In this document: piece by piece, positions 26,625 through 40,648 of the stretch
Numbering within the stretch: the stretch's first letter is position 1
Layout: every line of letters starts with the position of its first letter
NCBI GenBank assembly: GCA_951406725.2
Contig: OX597830.1
Location: forward strand, 5,456,001 to 5,520,000
Length of the DNA: 64,000 nucleotides
Source: Octopus vulgaris
Taxonomy: Eukaryota
Direction: 5' to 3'
Position numbers and translations under genes: made by a program
Notes under the pieces: generated by a model
The model's database searches: none
What the model saw: only the letters and a program-made list of their open reading frames with translations
Told to the model about the DNA's origin: nothing

Positions 26625-27513
26625 CGAGGGAGTAGCCAAAAGTAACCTAAAACGTTCTCTGTGATAGAAACAAGTTGCAGTTTGGGCTTCCGCCGCTAGA
26701 ATCAACTTGATGCGATCCTCAGGCATCAATCTGTTGACCGGCGTCATCTGATGATGTCGTACTGCCACGTAGTGAGTCTTTGTTTTATAATGCTAACACC
26801 TGTTCGTCGATTTTTGTGATGGGTGATACGAAGGAAGAGCGTGCTTCTGGGAAAGTTTGTTTTCTTCGGTAAAAACGGCAGCTGAATCAGTTGTCATCCT
26901 TCAAATAGCTTACAAGGCATCAGCAAGACACAAGTTTACCTGTGGTTTCCACGTTTTCGGAATCTTCACTTATCACTTGAGGACCATCCTCAATCAGGAC
27001 GATCGTCGACCGTCCGAATGAATGAACACCTGAAAATTCATGAAGTGATCTTCCAGGACGGTCACCGAACGACTAACGAACTTGTTGATGTGACTGGTGT
27101 ACCATGGAGCTCCTGCCAACGAATTTTGAGCGAGGAATTGCGAAGGAAAAGATTGGTAACAAAATGTGTGTCTCGCTTACTCCCGGAAGGTCAAAAGCAG
27201 TCACGACTGAATGTGTGCCATGAACTGAAAGAACAGCTGGAAGTTAATCCGGACCTTTTTTCGTAGGTATTCACCGGTGAAGAAAGATGGTGTTACGGAA
27301 TTTGCCGATGTGGAAGAGGTGAAGAAAAAGAAAACAGAGGCGTTAAAAAGCATCACTTCGCAAGAGTTCCAGCACTGCTTCGAACGGTGAGAAAGGCGCC
27401 TGGATGAACTGCTTCAGATGGAGAATACTTTGAAGGCGATAAAAGTGTAAAGAAGCAAAACCACGTAAATAAAATAATAATGCAAAATTCCGGTTTCTTT
27501 TGGGTACCGCCTC
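26625..27513 (+). mobile_element. Internally deleted, degenerate mariner transposon
   Basis: TA-CGAGGGAGTAGCCAAAAGTAACC left end versus right end (rc) GAGGCGGTACCCAAAAGAAACC. Transposase relics: EDHPQSGRSST, QRILSEELRRKRLVTKCVSRLL (WVPHEL-equivalent), VFTGEERWCY (ITGDE-equivalent), then a jump to the C-terminal FADVEEVKK...EFQHCFER...GEYFEGD. Confidence 0.88.
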
Positions 27514-27719
27514 TCTGTTCTTTTGGTCTTTTGTACGTTTCAGCCCAAAGGCTGCGGCCATACTGGGGCACTGCCAGTATCATCACCTTCTTTAATGGTC
27601 ATTCTTTTGTGGCTGGCTTTTGGCGAAAGAGGGAGTTCGATATTTCGATATTGCTGCCATGTTTCGACTTTCTTTGTGAGATGTAGATTCATCTGCGACT
27701 TTAGATTTGTTTCTTAAAA

Positions 27720-28634
27720 AGTTGTTTCTTAAATTCATTTTCCTTTACGCCATATGAGCCTCGCAAATGTTTCGGCAAGAAATTTAATGGCTCTTGTCAT
27801 TTGAGTCCCAAGCTATTGCAATACAAGGTCCTCACTTTAGACAGAATGGTTGGGACTTTTGGAACAGTGCTGTGACGTCCAGTTTTGGGGCTGCTATAAA
27901 TTTCGATACCAAAGTTTGGTGCCAAATCTTCAAGGATGTTCCATATGCATATCACCAAATATCTCTCTTGTCTTCGCTTCAGGTAGTAGAGTCATAACCC
28001 TTTTAGTCACACGCAATAGCTCACCTGTTCCATTGATACAACTTTCTTGATATCGCACCGCTCAACTGCCTCAGACCTCGCTACTTATTTGACACTCCGG
28101 GTAACCAAAGTTGAGAGCAGTTGTCCAAGAGCGCTGGGGAGAATTATCCTCCTTAGAACCCGTATAGTTTCCTGATCGCTTGTGTTCTGAAAGTTCTGAG
28201 AGTTCATCCAGCCATTCGCCTACACATTGATACCGTCTTGGTGATATGGACATGATATGGGGCGCCGTTGTTCATATCAATCCCCAAGGGATGTTCTTAA
28301 CTCGACTCAGGGATTGCTGCTACTTTTGCTCAAAGGTATCTTTGTGGCGGCATATTTGAACAAATTTGCTGATGGCGGAAGGCGCGGAAATTTCCTGCAT
28401 TATGTTAAATGTTTTCTGCAGCCCATTTTTACAGGACATCCAGGGTTTTCTGTTGAAGACTTGCATCGGAAGGTTCCTTGATTACTTTTACAACTTTTGT
28501 GCCGTCAGCATATCTAATAAGCGTGGGTGTCTGTGTAACTGATGGCATCTTCCAAAGAGCTACCATAAACAGCAGCGGCCTCAAGACAGTTCCCTGAAGC
28601 ACTCCACTCGCTATAACTCTCTCCTTCGAGGCAG

Positions 28635-28635
<1 letters not shown>
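27720..28635 (-). mobile_element. Degenerate CR1/L2-group LINE, 3' fragment (RT and C-terminal region)
   Basis: SGVLQGTVLRPLLF...RYADGTKV (GVPQG/YADD-equivalents) and LYYLKRRQERYLVICIWNILEDLAPNFG on the minus strand. Confidence 0.8.
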
Positions 28636-28698
<63 letters not shown>

Positions 28699-28891
28699 AT
28701 TTATATATGTGTATATACATACACACACGCACATATATATATTATATGCATGTATCTTGTAGGTGGAAATAAATATTTATATAAACTCAGTTGTAAACAA
28801 TTATTAACTGAACTAGTTTCCATAAATGAACATAGACATACACACTACATACATGTCCATGTGTATGTAAGATCTTCAAAATACATCTCAC

Positions 28892-28956
<65 letters not shown>

Positions 28957-29556
28957 TTCTTTATCTTACGCATAAAACCACAGACTCGCGCACTCGCACC
29001 CCGTCATACACATACATGCCTTCAATTTTTACGAATTTCATCACAGTTCATTATGAAAGACATTTAAAATCTAAAATCTTGGATAAATATGAATTTTTGC
29101 TCAACTACCATCGATTATATTGACACATGTATGTGACTGGTACTTATTTCTTGATTACCATGATGTTTGAGGTCGAAAAATTACAACGATAAACGAACAA
29201 ATTAGTGATAAATGAATCAATGAGAAACAAAGCTAAATGTACTTGCTTCGTGTTGTTCTTAATACCATGTCATTTCTGACATATTAGATAAACATATAAC
29301 CATGGGCCTCCGAGCTGTGACTGCGCCATACTATTTTTTTACATGTCCGTTGTCTTCATCAGTTGAATTTAAAAATGACATTCTCTCTGTTGACTTTGAA
29401 AATTTGTATTGCCTAATATTATGAGAATTTCCTGTGCCGCTTGTTAATTTTTAGCATTTTAAACACTCCTTGTTGAAGTTTATATTTACTAATTGCTTGC
29501 ACAATATTGAACAAACTATATAAAGTATATTATGTATTAACATCATAAATTCACAA

Positions 29557-29569
29557 CGCCCTCTAGTGG
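29557..29569 (-). promoter_or_regulatory. CTCF-type consensus motif CCACTAGAGGGCG
   Basis: Matches the bilaterian CTCF core consensus in otherwise AT-rich unique DNA; motif match only. Confidence 0.4.
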
Positions 29570-30268
29570 TAATTTCTGTTAGTCTTAAATCAATAGTAAT
29601 TAAATTAAATCCATAAAGAAAAAGAAACCAAACTGGATTTGAACTCGTACTGTGGAAAGATTTTGATCACGTTCTCAATTAGGTTTATAATTTGAATGGA
29701 AATTCATTAATTCAAGGAAAATGTTGATATTTGCCTCGGTAAAATCTCATTTAATTATATTTCTCTTGAAACCATATATCAAATGAAAACTGAATATTGG
29801 CGATTGAGCAGTGCAGAGATGCAGCACGATGATAGTTGTTGCCTCATTCAAAGAAGCAAAACAAAAACTGTTGCACTTGATTTGTTTCTGTGAGACTATA
29901 GTTTATCAGTTGTGGACACTTGAATTATATCACCTCGGTAGAAACTACGAAAGAAGTATGATGCACACTTATCTCAGGAGCTGAAAACTGGGGAGAAATG
30001 ATTGCAGCAATTCTAAAACATTCAAGAAAATAATATTAAAATAGGTTTACCTTGTAGAAAACATTTCATGATTGCAAGAATTCAGCAATTTAACCTTACG
30101 AGATTATGTTTTTCGGTTTGAGCGGCATTTAGAACGAGAGACAGCGAATCTCATTGTGACTCAACAGTTAAACAGTTCGCGCCTTCTCAAAAGATTGCTT
30201 TCATGGACAGTGAAATATGACAACCAGACAGACTACAATACCATTTATGCTGCGTATCCTGATATATA

Positions 30269-30314
<46 letters not shown>

Positions 30315-30319
<5 letters not shown>

Positions 30320-31570
30320 AGGTGGCATGGGTGAATTTTAGCCATTTTATATTTTTTATCTCACGCATGCGCATTGTTTGTTTTTGATTTCTTCGACTAC
30401 ACAGTGTAGTAGGGTCGGTTTGACTCCGTCTGTGAGAAAAACACACCTCGATGCGATTCACTCTGCCAGAAATTTGGAAACGACTTGCTGGACTGCTTGG
30501 CATTCGCGACGGAAGTTCCAATACGGACATTCCCGGGTGTTTGGATGTCAATCTGAGGACAGTAAAGAGGATTCGGAAAGAGTTGGATGAGTCTAATGGT
30601 GATTATGAAGGTACGGCAGGTGGGAAGTCTCACTCTGATCGTTCTGGTAAGAAAACAACTCCTGAATTTGTTGGTAGGATCCAGGCCATGATTGACAACG
30701 ATCCCTCCAAGTCAACCAGGTCCATTGCCAGGGACATGGGAGTGTCTGAGTCTCTTATCAGGCAAGTAATGCATGAAGACATTCGGTATTCCTCATACAA
30801 GATGAGAAAGGGCCAATTTTTATCCCAAGCCATCAAAGACAAGCTTTTGAACAAACTCAAGTGTCCCCTTCAACCGAACATGCTTTGGTTTTTCTCTGAT
30901 GAGAAAATTTCTGCCAGGATCCGATGGTAAATATACACAATAACTGTCGGCCACTGTGTCCCCAAAACACGTACTGAGAGTGATAAATGATAAACATTCA
31001 GTCAGCATCATGGTGTTTGGAGTGATCACTAGTGATGGCGACGTTATGCCTTCATTCATCTTCTCACACGGCCTTACACTCAACATGTAGGCCTACATCA
31101 AGTGCCTGGAAGACGTAGTGCTGCCCTGGATCAAGAGGGTGGCTGCTGGAAGACCCGATGTCTAGTAACAGTACTCTCCCCCATGCCACACAAGCAGAAC
31201 ACAGTCATAGCAGTCAGAACATTTTTGCAACCACACCACACTACCCATAACATCTGGACACCTAACTCCCCGGATTGCAACCCACTTCATTATTATGTGT
31301 GGGGCACAGTTAAGTGAGAGATCAACAAAGCTTATAACACCAAAGATGAACTGAAGACAAGGATCACAGAAATTCACCAACATGCACAAAGATACCGTTT
31401 AGAAGAGTTGCAGAATATTCGAAAGTCGGCTGAAGGCCTTGGCTGAAGCCAATGACGATTTTATTGAACGAATCTTTTCCTTAGTATTTCAAGATATTTT
31501 TATGTAACTTTGGTAAGTATACCCGTTAACTTGAGATGTCATTCATAGACGACAATTTATTCACCGCGCC

Positions 31571-31578
<8 letters not shown>
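30315..31578 (+). mobile_element. Degenerate near-full-length Tc1/mariner-superfamily transposon, maT/DD37D-like, inserted in (TA)n
   Basis: HTH region (RSIARDMGVSESLIRQVMHEDIRY), first catalytic D in WFFSDEK, SIMVFGVITSDG, VVLPWIKRVAAG, IWTPNSPDCNPLHYYVWG; imperfect TIRs flanked by TA tracts; frameshifts and stops. Confidence 0.88.
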
Positions 31579-31616
<38 letters not shown>

Positions 31617-31679
31617 GTGTGTGTGTGTGTGCATATATATATGCATGAATGTATGTATGGCTATATATGACAATTTATT

Positions 31680-31728
<49 letters not shown>

Positions 31729-31741
31729 GAATATATATATA

Positions 31742-31789
<48 letters not shown>

Positions 31790-32087
31790 ATATATATTAT
31801 ATATGATATATAATTACCCGCTCATTAGTATCACTTTCATAAGTACTAATGTCACGAGATACCGATGCTAATTCACTCTTCCTTTACATAAAATTCAGGC
31901 TAATATTTGTAAAATGATCTTCCTCTTGGTAGGAAGCTGTAGAGTACATTTTAATAGAGGTGGGCCTAAATATAGCGCTGATATTCACTTATAGATAAGG
32001 AATAATGCATCTATATCTATGCCCGTCTATCTATGTAAATAAACACACACATACACATACGTATGCTAGACGGTACTTATTTATATA

Positions 32088-32137
<50 letters not shown>

Positions 32138-32159
32138 TTACATATATACTATTTTTACT

Positions 32160-32570
32160 GTTTTACTGTTTTACTTGTTTCAGTCATTTGACTGCGGCCA
32201 TGCTGGAGCACCGCCTGCAATCGAGCAAATCGACCCCAGGACTTATTCTTTGTAAGTCTAAAACTTATTCTAACGGTGTCTTTGCCGAACCGCTAAGTTA
32301 CGGGGACGTAAACACACCCGCATCGGTTGTCAAGCGATGTTGGGGTGGGGACAAACAACGACACACAAACATATACACACACATACATATATATATATAC
32401 ATATATACGACGGGCTTCTTTCAGTTTCCGTCTACCAAATCCACTGACAAGGCTTTGGTCGGCCCGAGGCTATAGTAGAAGTCACTTGCCCAAGATGCCA
32501 CGCAGTAGGACTGAACCCAGAACCATGTGATTGGTAAGCAAGCAACTTACCACACAGCCACTGCTGCGCC
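32160..32570 (-). mobile_element. SINE family A, full-length copy
   Basis: Closely matches 6815-7190 over its whole length. Confidence 0.93.
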
Positions 32571-32578
32571 TGTATGTA

Positions 32579-32668
<90 letters not shown>

Positions 32669-33019
32669 CATACATAAATATATTTACACATATATATGTA
32701 TACACATACAGAGATGTGTGTGATGTGGTCGCCATGCTGGACCACGGAAATCAACACGTTTTCTTTCTCTATTTCCTCGTTTTCCTTTCTTTCCAGAGTC
32801 AAACTGATACATTTGGTCGGTTAATAAATCTGTCTTCATCTTTTGTTTTGCTATAAATTTGAACTAAACGTATGCATAATTATATGTACGTACAGTGTGA
32901 AGATATAAGTGTGTAGGTATATATTTCTTGTACTTTTCTCTTACTAGTTTTATATATTAGACTGTGGAAATGCTGCAGTGCCACGTGTATGAGGTTAGTC
33001 GAACAAACCAACAGCCCAT

Positions 33020-33360
33020 ATAGTTCAGCGTGGCACTTACTCTCTTGCCGAAACGTTAATTTAAGAGGACTGAGACAAACACAGGTTATAGCGTGGTAGT
33101 GAGGGAGAAGCACATACACAAAGACACACAGACGCAGGTACAAACACACACATACACACACACACACACACACACAAATACACATTCACACACACTCACA
33201 CACAGCTGGGTTCTTTTCGTTTCCGTCTAACAAATTCTACGCATGATGCTTGGTCGACTCAGAACTATAGTAAAAGACACTTGTCCATTGTACCACGCAG
33301 TGTGTCTGAACCCGGAACTCTGTGGTTGGGAAACAAACTTCTTACCACTGGGCTACAACA
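33020..33360 (-). mobile_element. SINE family A, diverged copy
   Basis: TTTCCGTCTAACAAATTC...ACTATAGTAAAAGACACTTGTCC...CCACGCAGTG...CTGAACCCGGAAC. Confidence 0.75.
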
Positions 33361-33534
33361 GATATTTAAGTAAATCATATTCCTCGTTAAGTAAACCACG
33401 CTTCATTATGAATGATCATGAAGATAAAGTAACGCGGTTTTTTGTGTAGGTGTTCGCGTATTTGTTAGCGTATCTATGTATACATACATACAAATACACA
33501 CTGACATAGCTGTGTAGCGTGCACAGAAACACGC

Positions 33535-33572
<38 letters not shown>

Positions 33573-33939
33573 ACACACACACACACATACACATATCTCG
33601 CTATTCATTCCTTTCAATTTGATAACAAAAGTAATATTCTTGGGTTGGTGGAGTTTGTTTCGGCTCCTTGTGTTATTAGAACAAATTCCATCACTGCCTA
33701 CAAACCCAATAAACATAATATAATATAATATGATATGCTATGTATATATACACACACACATATACTCATATGTACATGCATATATGTGTGTGTGTAGGTA
33801 TGTATGTATGTCTTTTCTTCCTTCTACGATGAGGGCATTCTGATGTAAAACCTGCAGTTCCATGTGATTGTTGGTCATAAGGTACTAATCACGTGGTTGT
33901 TCTCGTTTTATACAAGCGTTTATAATCCAATGACGTACA

Positions 33940-34135
33940 GTTGCTTCTTCAGGGCAACCACATTTGTCATTCGAGCCGCTGGAAGTCCTGTGCCGATGGA
34001 AGAGAAGCAACGTGTGCAGACGTCAACCGGTGGACGTGCACATGAAGTCACAACTTTCGTCTGTCATTTATAATTCGAATCCTGCAGATCTGCAACGGGA
34101 CTAAACAGTCATCTGGGAAGTCATGGATGGGAAGT
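33940..34135 (+). mobile_element. Old RTE 3' zinc-knuckle remnant
   Basis: Reads FVCHL*FESCRSATGLNSHLGSHG, resembling the CxxC...SxxGLxSH motif at 7538-7600. Confidence 0.5.
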
Positions 34136-34657
34136 CAAAAATGCCATTCACAACCAAAAAAGCACAAAGAGACGGGAACCATGTGTGAAGATGGAACAGT
34201 CAACGGATGTAAAATATATATTATATATTCAAATGTGTGTCTGTGGCCTGCAAGCATTTTGTTGAGAATGGCTGTGATGAAAGTATATCCTTCTTTATTC
34301 AGAAGTCCTAATTTTCAGTTGCGAAGTCGTCAATCGTTTTTAGAATTGACAGCACGAAACAGATTTACGATTTAAGACATCTTAACTTTTAGTAACATAA
34401 TATAAAATAAAATAATATAATGCAAAATAATAAATCATGTAGATATGTACATATACACATTTATTTATATACACACACATATATATACACACACACGCAC
34501 ACCTTTGCGAACATACACAAACACAGAAACACACATGCACATACACACATACGTATACGTTCCTGAGCGTGGTTTGCGCGTGTTAGCATGTGTACAGCGT
34601 ATATATCAAGATATAGCTTTACGCAGTAATACACCTAAACATACATACATACATACA

Positions 34658-34691
<34 letters not shown>

Positions 34692-35234
34692 CATACATGT
34701 ACACACACATTTATATGTGTACCTATGTATGCGTCTGCGGAATTTTCCAGTTCATTTGGTTTAAATTGCAGCACTGCACTGAGACAGCGAGGTAAAGCGG
34801 TAATATACACTTAAAGTGTTCGACGAACGAATCCAGAATCGGTAGAACCTCTTGGCGGTTTGGAAGAGGTGGAAGGTGGAGTAAGCAAAATGAAAACTAG
34901 ATACAAAAAGGCTAAAACTTCCAAAATATAAATAACAAAACAAAATGGAAGAAAAAAAGAACCGTTAACATAAACAGAACCCGTCATAACGGTTAATTAC
35001 GAATGATTATGAAGATAAAGTAACGCGTTTTTTTTGTGTAGGTGTTTGCGTATTTGTCAACGTATTTATGTATACATACATAGAAATACACACTGGCATA
35101 GCTGTGTAGCGCGAACGTACTCACACACACACGCACGCACACACGCACACACACACACACATACATACAAACACACAAACACACACATATACACATATAT
35201 GTTATGTATGATTTCATATAATTTATATATATCC

Positions 35235-35340
<106 letters not shown>

Positions 35341-35851
35341 TGCACACACATATACACAGACGCACATATACATCTTTATATCTACTTATATAAACGCACA
35401 TACACAGGCCTGATTTTACTATAAAACAGAATTTGGATAACCCTAAGCAAATGAAAACAAATAAAAGAAGAAACTATATTCCTGAAAATATATATATATT
35501 TTTTTTTTAGCGATAATGATAATAAAATTTTACAAAATCCTATTTCCTTCTACCCATGTAAGTTTTGTAATTTTCTTATTCTATATTATTTGTACATTTT
35601 AAATCGAAATTTGATTTGATTATTTATTTATGTCCTCGGTTTTAAAGCAGCCATATACATCTTGCGTGACTTCCGGTATGTAGCGACGCTATTGCAGATA
35701 GCTTTAGTAAACACTTCCATCTTTTATAACTTAATAGATATGGTGGGCGATATACGTATATATTTATAAATATACACATGTCCATACATGAAGATATATA
35801 GACGTACCTACTTAGACATATTAGACATATTTCTATGTATATGTATGCTTA

Positions 35852-35900
<49 letters not shown>

Positions 35901-35924
35901 CTCTATCTCTCTATCTGTCTATCA

Positions 35925-35995
<71 letters not shown>

Positions 35996-35996
35996 A

Positions 35997-36050
<54 letters not shown>

Positions 36051-37651
36051 ATGTATGTTTATATATATATATATACAAAACTATCACTAAAGTGACTAAG
36101 GGTACTGATCAGCACCAGAATTGCTAGAAATAAGTGTTAAAACAACTGTTAGCCACGGGCAAAGCATTTATCTATTGGCTGACAAGGGAAGACAACTTCC
36201 CTACAAGAAGCTTTTACCCTTAGTTTACTTTAGGAACGGTTGTGCTTGTGCCTTTTGTTATTTACGTTGCGAATAGGCATCTTAATTATTCCTACGTATA
36301 TATGTACATTCATCTATAGTCATATTAAACACATTCGCATGCACGCGGACGTGGAAACTCCGGTGTCGAGCTTGGACTGGAGGAAACAACACAAAAACGT
36401 AAGCGTCCTCCGTCCATCCACAGCTCAACATTTGTCTTTTCGCATGTCAAAAATGGGAATTTACTGCTGGGTCTAAATCCGCCCCAAACAAATATTTCAC
36501 GTCCAGTTGGCTATTCTGTGACACCGCGTGAAGGACTTTGTCGTGGAAACCAACCCCAGGATTTCTACTACTTATACTCTTGAGATTTGGACTATCGTCT
36601 CAGATATGAGAACACAAACACAACTTCTGTTGTCAAGCACTGGTCTGGAACAAGAGCAAGCACTAACATATACGTACACACACACATACATATTCATAAA
36701 TGCATATATACATATAAATGTATTCAAAAATAAACTACTTGTATATATATATATATGTATAGGTTCATACATATTTACAAGTTTACATACATGCATACAT
36801 GAACGCATATTTACATACATGCATACATACATACATTATTACTTACGTACGAACATAAACGGATACGCAGTTAAACATAGATTCATACATGCATACATAG
36901 ATAGATAGATACATACATATATACATACATATATACAAAGTTACAAACAGTGATACTTCCAGACATACACACACATGAACAGGCACACAGAATCACACGC
37001 ACACACAGACTTTCTTCCTCTCTCCCTGTCTCTCTATATTTTTCTTACTCTCTCTCTCTCTCTCTCACACACAACCACACACATATTTTTTGCAGTGTAA
37101 GTCTATATCTCAGCGATTCTCGTTTCGATGTCTGATGTAAATCGATAGCCTCTACATATACCTCCCTGAAGTATTACTGTTAAGCGATTAGAATTAATAT
37201 ATTTTGAAAGTTGTTTCCTTTCTGGGTAAGCTCAACACACAAGGGTATCCTGGCAGACGATCAGCTTCTCTCATTATGTGAACTGATTAAATGATATCCA
37301 ACCCGCTCGAATCACCCATTATGAAATATATCTGAATATAACGCCATTACAGCAAACTTCTCTCAAACTTTTGTCCTTCAGAGACGTCTAAATTTGGTCC
37401 CTACATGGAAAGGTTTATCTGAATTTTGTCAAATATAAAAAGTAGATCAAATAAAGCACCTGTTTACCATTCTCTATTGTTGACTTACTACTATACAACT
37501 TCAACTTTTCGTTCCGTCCATATTTTAAAATGAAAAACTGCTTTCGTTTTAACAAAAGTTGAGTCGTTTACAGAGAAAACAGCGCTATGTAGAATGTATG
37601 TAATTATCTAAGTTTACGCTCTTTGAATCACGTTCTGCAGTTAATATACAC

Positions 37652-37733
<82 letters not shown>

Positions 37734-37863
37734 TCTATTCTATTCTATTCTATTTGTCAGTCTGCTTGACTGTTTCCCTGTCTGTCTATCTATACATATA
37801 TACATATATACATGTACCTATTATATACGTACATACACACACATATATTATAATTACTGCAAC

Positions 37864-38025
37864 TCTTCTTCTTCTTCTTCTTCTTCTCCTTCTCCTTCTT
37901 CTTCTTCTTCTTCTTCTTCTCCTTCTCCTTCTTCTTCTTCTTCTTCTTCTTCTCCTTCTTCTTCTTCTTCTTCTTCTTCTTCTTCTCCTTCTTCTTCTTC
38001 TTCTTCTTCTTCTTCTTCTACGTAA

Positions 38026-38094
<69 letters not shown>

Positions 38095-38130
38095 TACTAC
38101 TACCACTATTATTATTGCTATTATTATTAT
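37864..38130. repeat. Compound (CTT)n + (TAT)n microsatellite
   Basis: Direct reading; recurring CTC interruptions. Confidence 0.96.
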
Positions 38131-38277
38131 AATACTTTACGAGCATCTACGTCCACTGTGTTAAAAAAGAAATATTTCACGTTATCTCGAAAATTTGGGA
38201 AATTCTTATGGCACCTGCTATATACATGTTTGCATATTTTTACGATTGTCTGGTGCCTATGATCTTTCAAAACAGCT

Positions 38278-38380
38278 TAAAGTACCAGTTACGCACTGGG
38301 GTCGATATAATCGACTTAATCCGTTTGTCTGCCCTTGTTTGTCCCCTCTGTGTTTAGCCCCTTGTGGGTAGTAAAGAAAT
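38278..38380 (+). mobile_element. SINE family B, 3' fragment
   Basis: AAGTACCAGTTACGCACTGGGGTCGATATAATCGACTTAATCCGTTTGTC...CCCTTGTGGGTAGTAA is nearly identical to 59471-59566. Confidence 0.88.
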
Positions 38381-38624
38381 GTATAGATGTAAGATAAGAG
38401 GGATTTGAAGCTATAGTTTATAAATCTTACTGTCATTCAGGTAGCAATTGAAGAGATGAATGAGGATTTTGCCCAGCTTTTCACCTGCGCATCTTACCGT
38501 CTCAGGTGTGATGCCATCTTCCCCGTGAGCTTTGTTTTCAATTTCACTGACCAGAATAGGTGGCACCGCTCCTAAAGTTTATGACAGTAGAGGGTGAATC
38601 GCCCTTATACATGCATGTATAGCC

Positions 38625-38704
<80 letters not shown>

Positions 38705-38746
38705 TACATATATATATATATATAAATATATGTGTATGTATTAGTA

Positions 38747-38801
<55 letters not shown>

Positions 38802-40591
38802 TATAAATATATATATATATCCTAAATTTATGCTTCACAGCTGTAGTCCTATAACTCAGTCAGTGATATTGTGTCTGTGTGCGTGGGAGTATGTCTCAGA
38901 TAGATAGATATATAGATAGATAGAGAAAGAGCGAGAGAGAAGCAGAGAGAGAGAGAGATAGAGAGACAGAGAGAGAGGCACAGAGAGAGAGGCACAGAGA
39001 AAGAGAGACGCAGAGAGAGAGAGGTGCTGAGAGAGTGAGAGAGGAGGAAAATGTTATTTCTAGAACGCAAATAATTGCAGAAACAGAGGACGTGAACATT
39101 AATGAGAACAGCTACATTGAAAAATACAGGAGGGCGTACATAGCTAGAATTAGGCATATGTACCCGTTCATAAATAATTGCGTTGTATGGGTATATATGT
39201 GCGAAATCTTATTGTAAATCGTTCTAAATGACCACAAAAGTGTACGTGGTACTTCCGTTACCGGGAAATAATTCAGTTATATTTTTCGTTTAATAAATAT
39301 CACAAAAATGTATGAAAAATTATTCTCCATTAATTATTTCGTCTTTACGGTATCTATTGTAAGTAGATTACTTATTAAATAGATGACGAAATACTAGGCA
39401 TGATTAGTTATCTTAATGAATTATCCTTATTGAATTTCTTGATTCACAATTTCCATGTAACGTTTCTAATCTATGAACCAGTAGTATTTTCATTTTCAGC
39501 ACGGCCACCATTTATCAAATATATTCTTTAGAGTTCCTTGCTACGTGATGTGTAGCCCAGTAATTGTGAAAACCTTAACTTAAAATAACTCGTCGTATAA
39601 ATTCCCTTAATAAAGTTGTTAATATTATGAATCTTTTATATCCAGTGTTATTTAGTTGTAAAATCGAATTTAATTCAAAAGAATAAAAGGAGCAAAATTT
39701 AAAATGTGAATTAGTGAAATACGTTTTATTTTAAAATTAGAATTATATTTGATATCATGATAATACAGAATCCATTTAGAAAATAGATTAATATTGGTGA
39801 AGATTGCTTGGTGATCCTTTCATGGAATTGATCACGTATTCTGAAGATTGATGTAATAACTCCAATATTTGGTGTGGATTTCGTTAGCAGAGGAAGTTAC
39901 ATGATGATCTTGATGATGGTGACCTCGGTGGTATATGTAATAGTGGTGATTGAGGCGATGATGTTGGGGGTACTGGTATAGTTGACACTGGTTGGGGAGA
40001 TGGTGAAGGCGGTGGCGGCAGTGGTTGTAGTGTTGGCGGTGCTTTTCGTGATGATGGCGATGATGAAGATAATGTTGAAAGTGACGATGTTTTCGGCACC
40101 CGCTCTAAAAATGCTGCTGCTACTACTACTGCAGCAGCTGCTGCTGATAATGATGATGACGACAATGATAAATATAAATAGAATCACAAAGTTATTGACG
40201 ATGATGATGCTGTTGATGATGATGGCGATATTGACGGTAGTAATGATTGCAAATGTGATGATGAGGAATATAAGAAAGAAAAGAGGGAAGACTGGGAATA
40301 TTTTGGCCATTTCTAAATTTGATAACAGGTATCATAGACAATTACAAAAACAATTGCCCTGTATTCAAATTTCAATGCAAAATAGCAATTTTCAAACGTT
40401 GATATATTGTTAGCCATGATTTCCCACAATCGCTCTTGTGTACGATGTGTCATTTGTTAGAATGTTTGTGTCTTGCTAAAATAATTTACACTACCATCTT
40501 GCTTAACCTGCTTCCACCCAAAACCATAACATCATCCGTTCTTTGCTTTTAGACAAAGGGAAAAATTCGAAACGTCAAATGCAGCACTCAC

Positions 40592-40648
40592 CAGGTGAAT
40601 TGAGCTAATTTGATATGTTAATAACATATGCAAATCGTTTCTCTGTTT
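40592..40648 (-). CDS. Candidate 57-nt internal exon (KQRNDLHMLLTYQISSIHL), gene unknown
   Basis: Minus strand: T-rich tract-CCAG acceptor and CTG|GTGAGT donor; length divisible by 3; only phase 0 is open. No homology recognised. Confidence 0.3.

Noticed and set aside
39884-40413. Overlapping Ser/Pro-, Ile- and Met/Val-rich ORFs
   Set aside because: Degenerate GAT/GGT/GCT trinucleotide low-complexity tract open on both strands; no splice or homology support.
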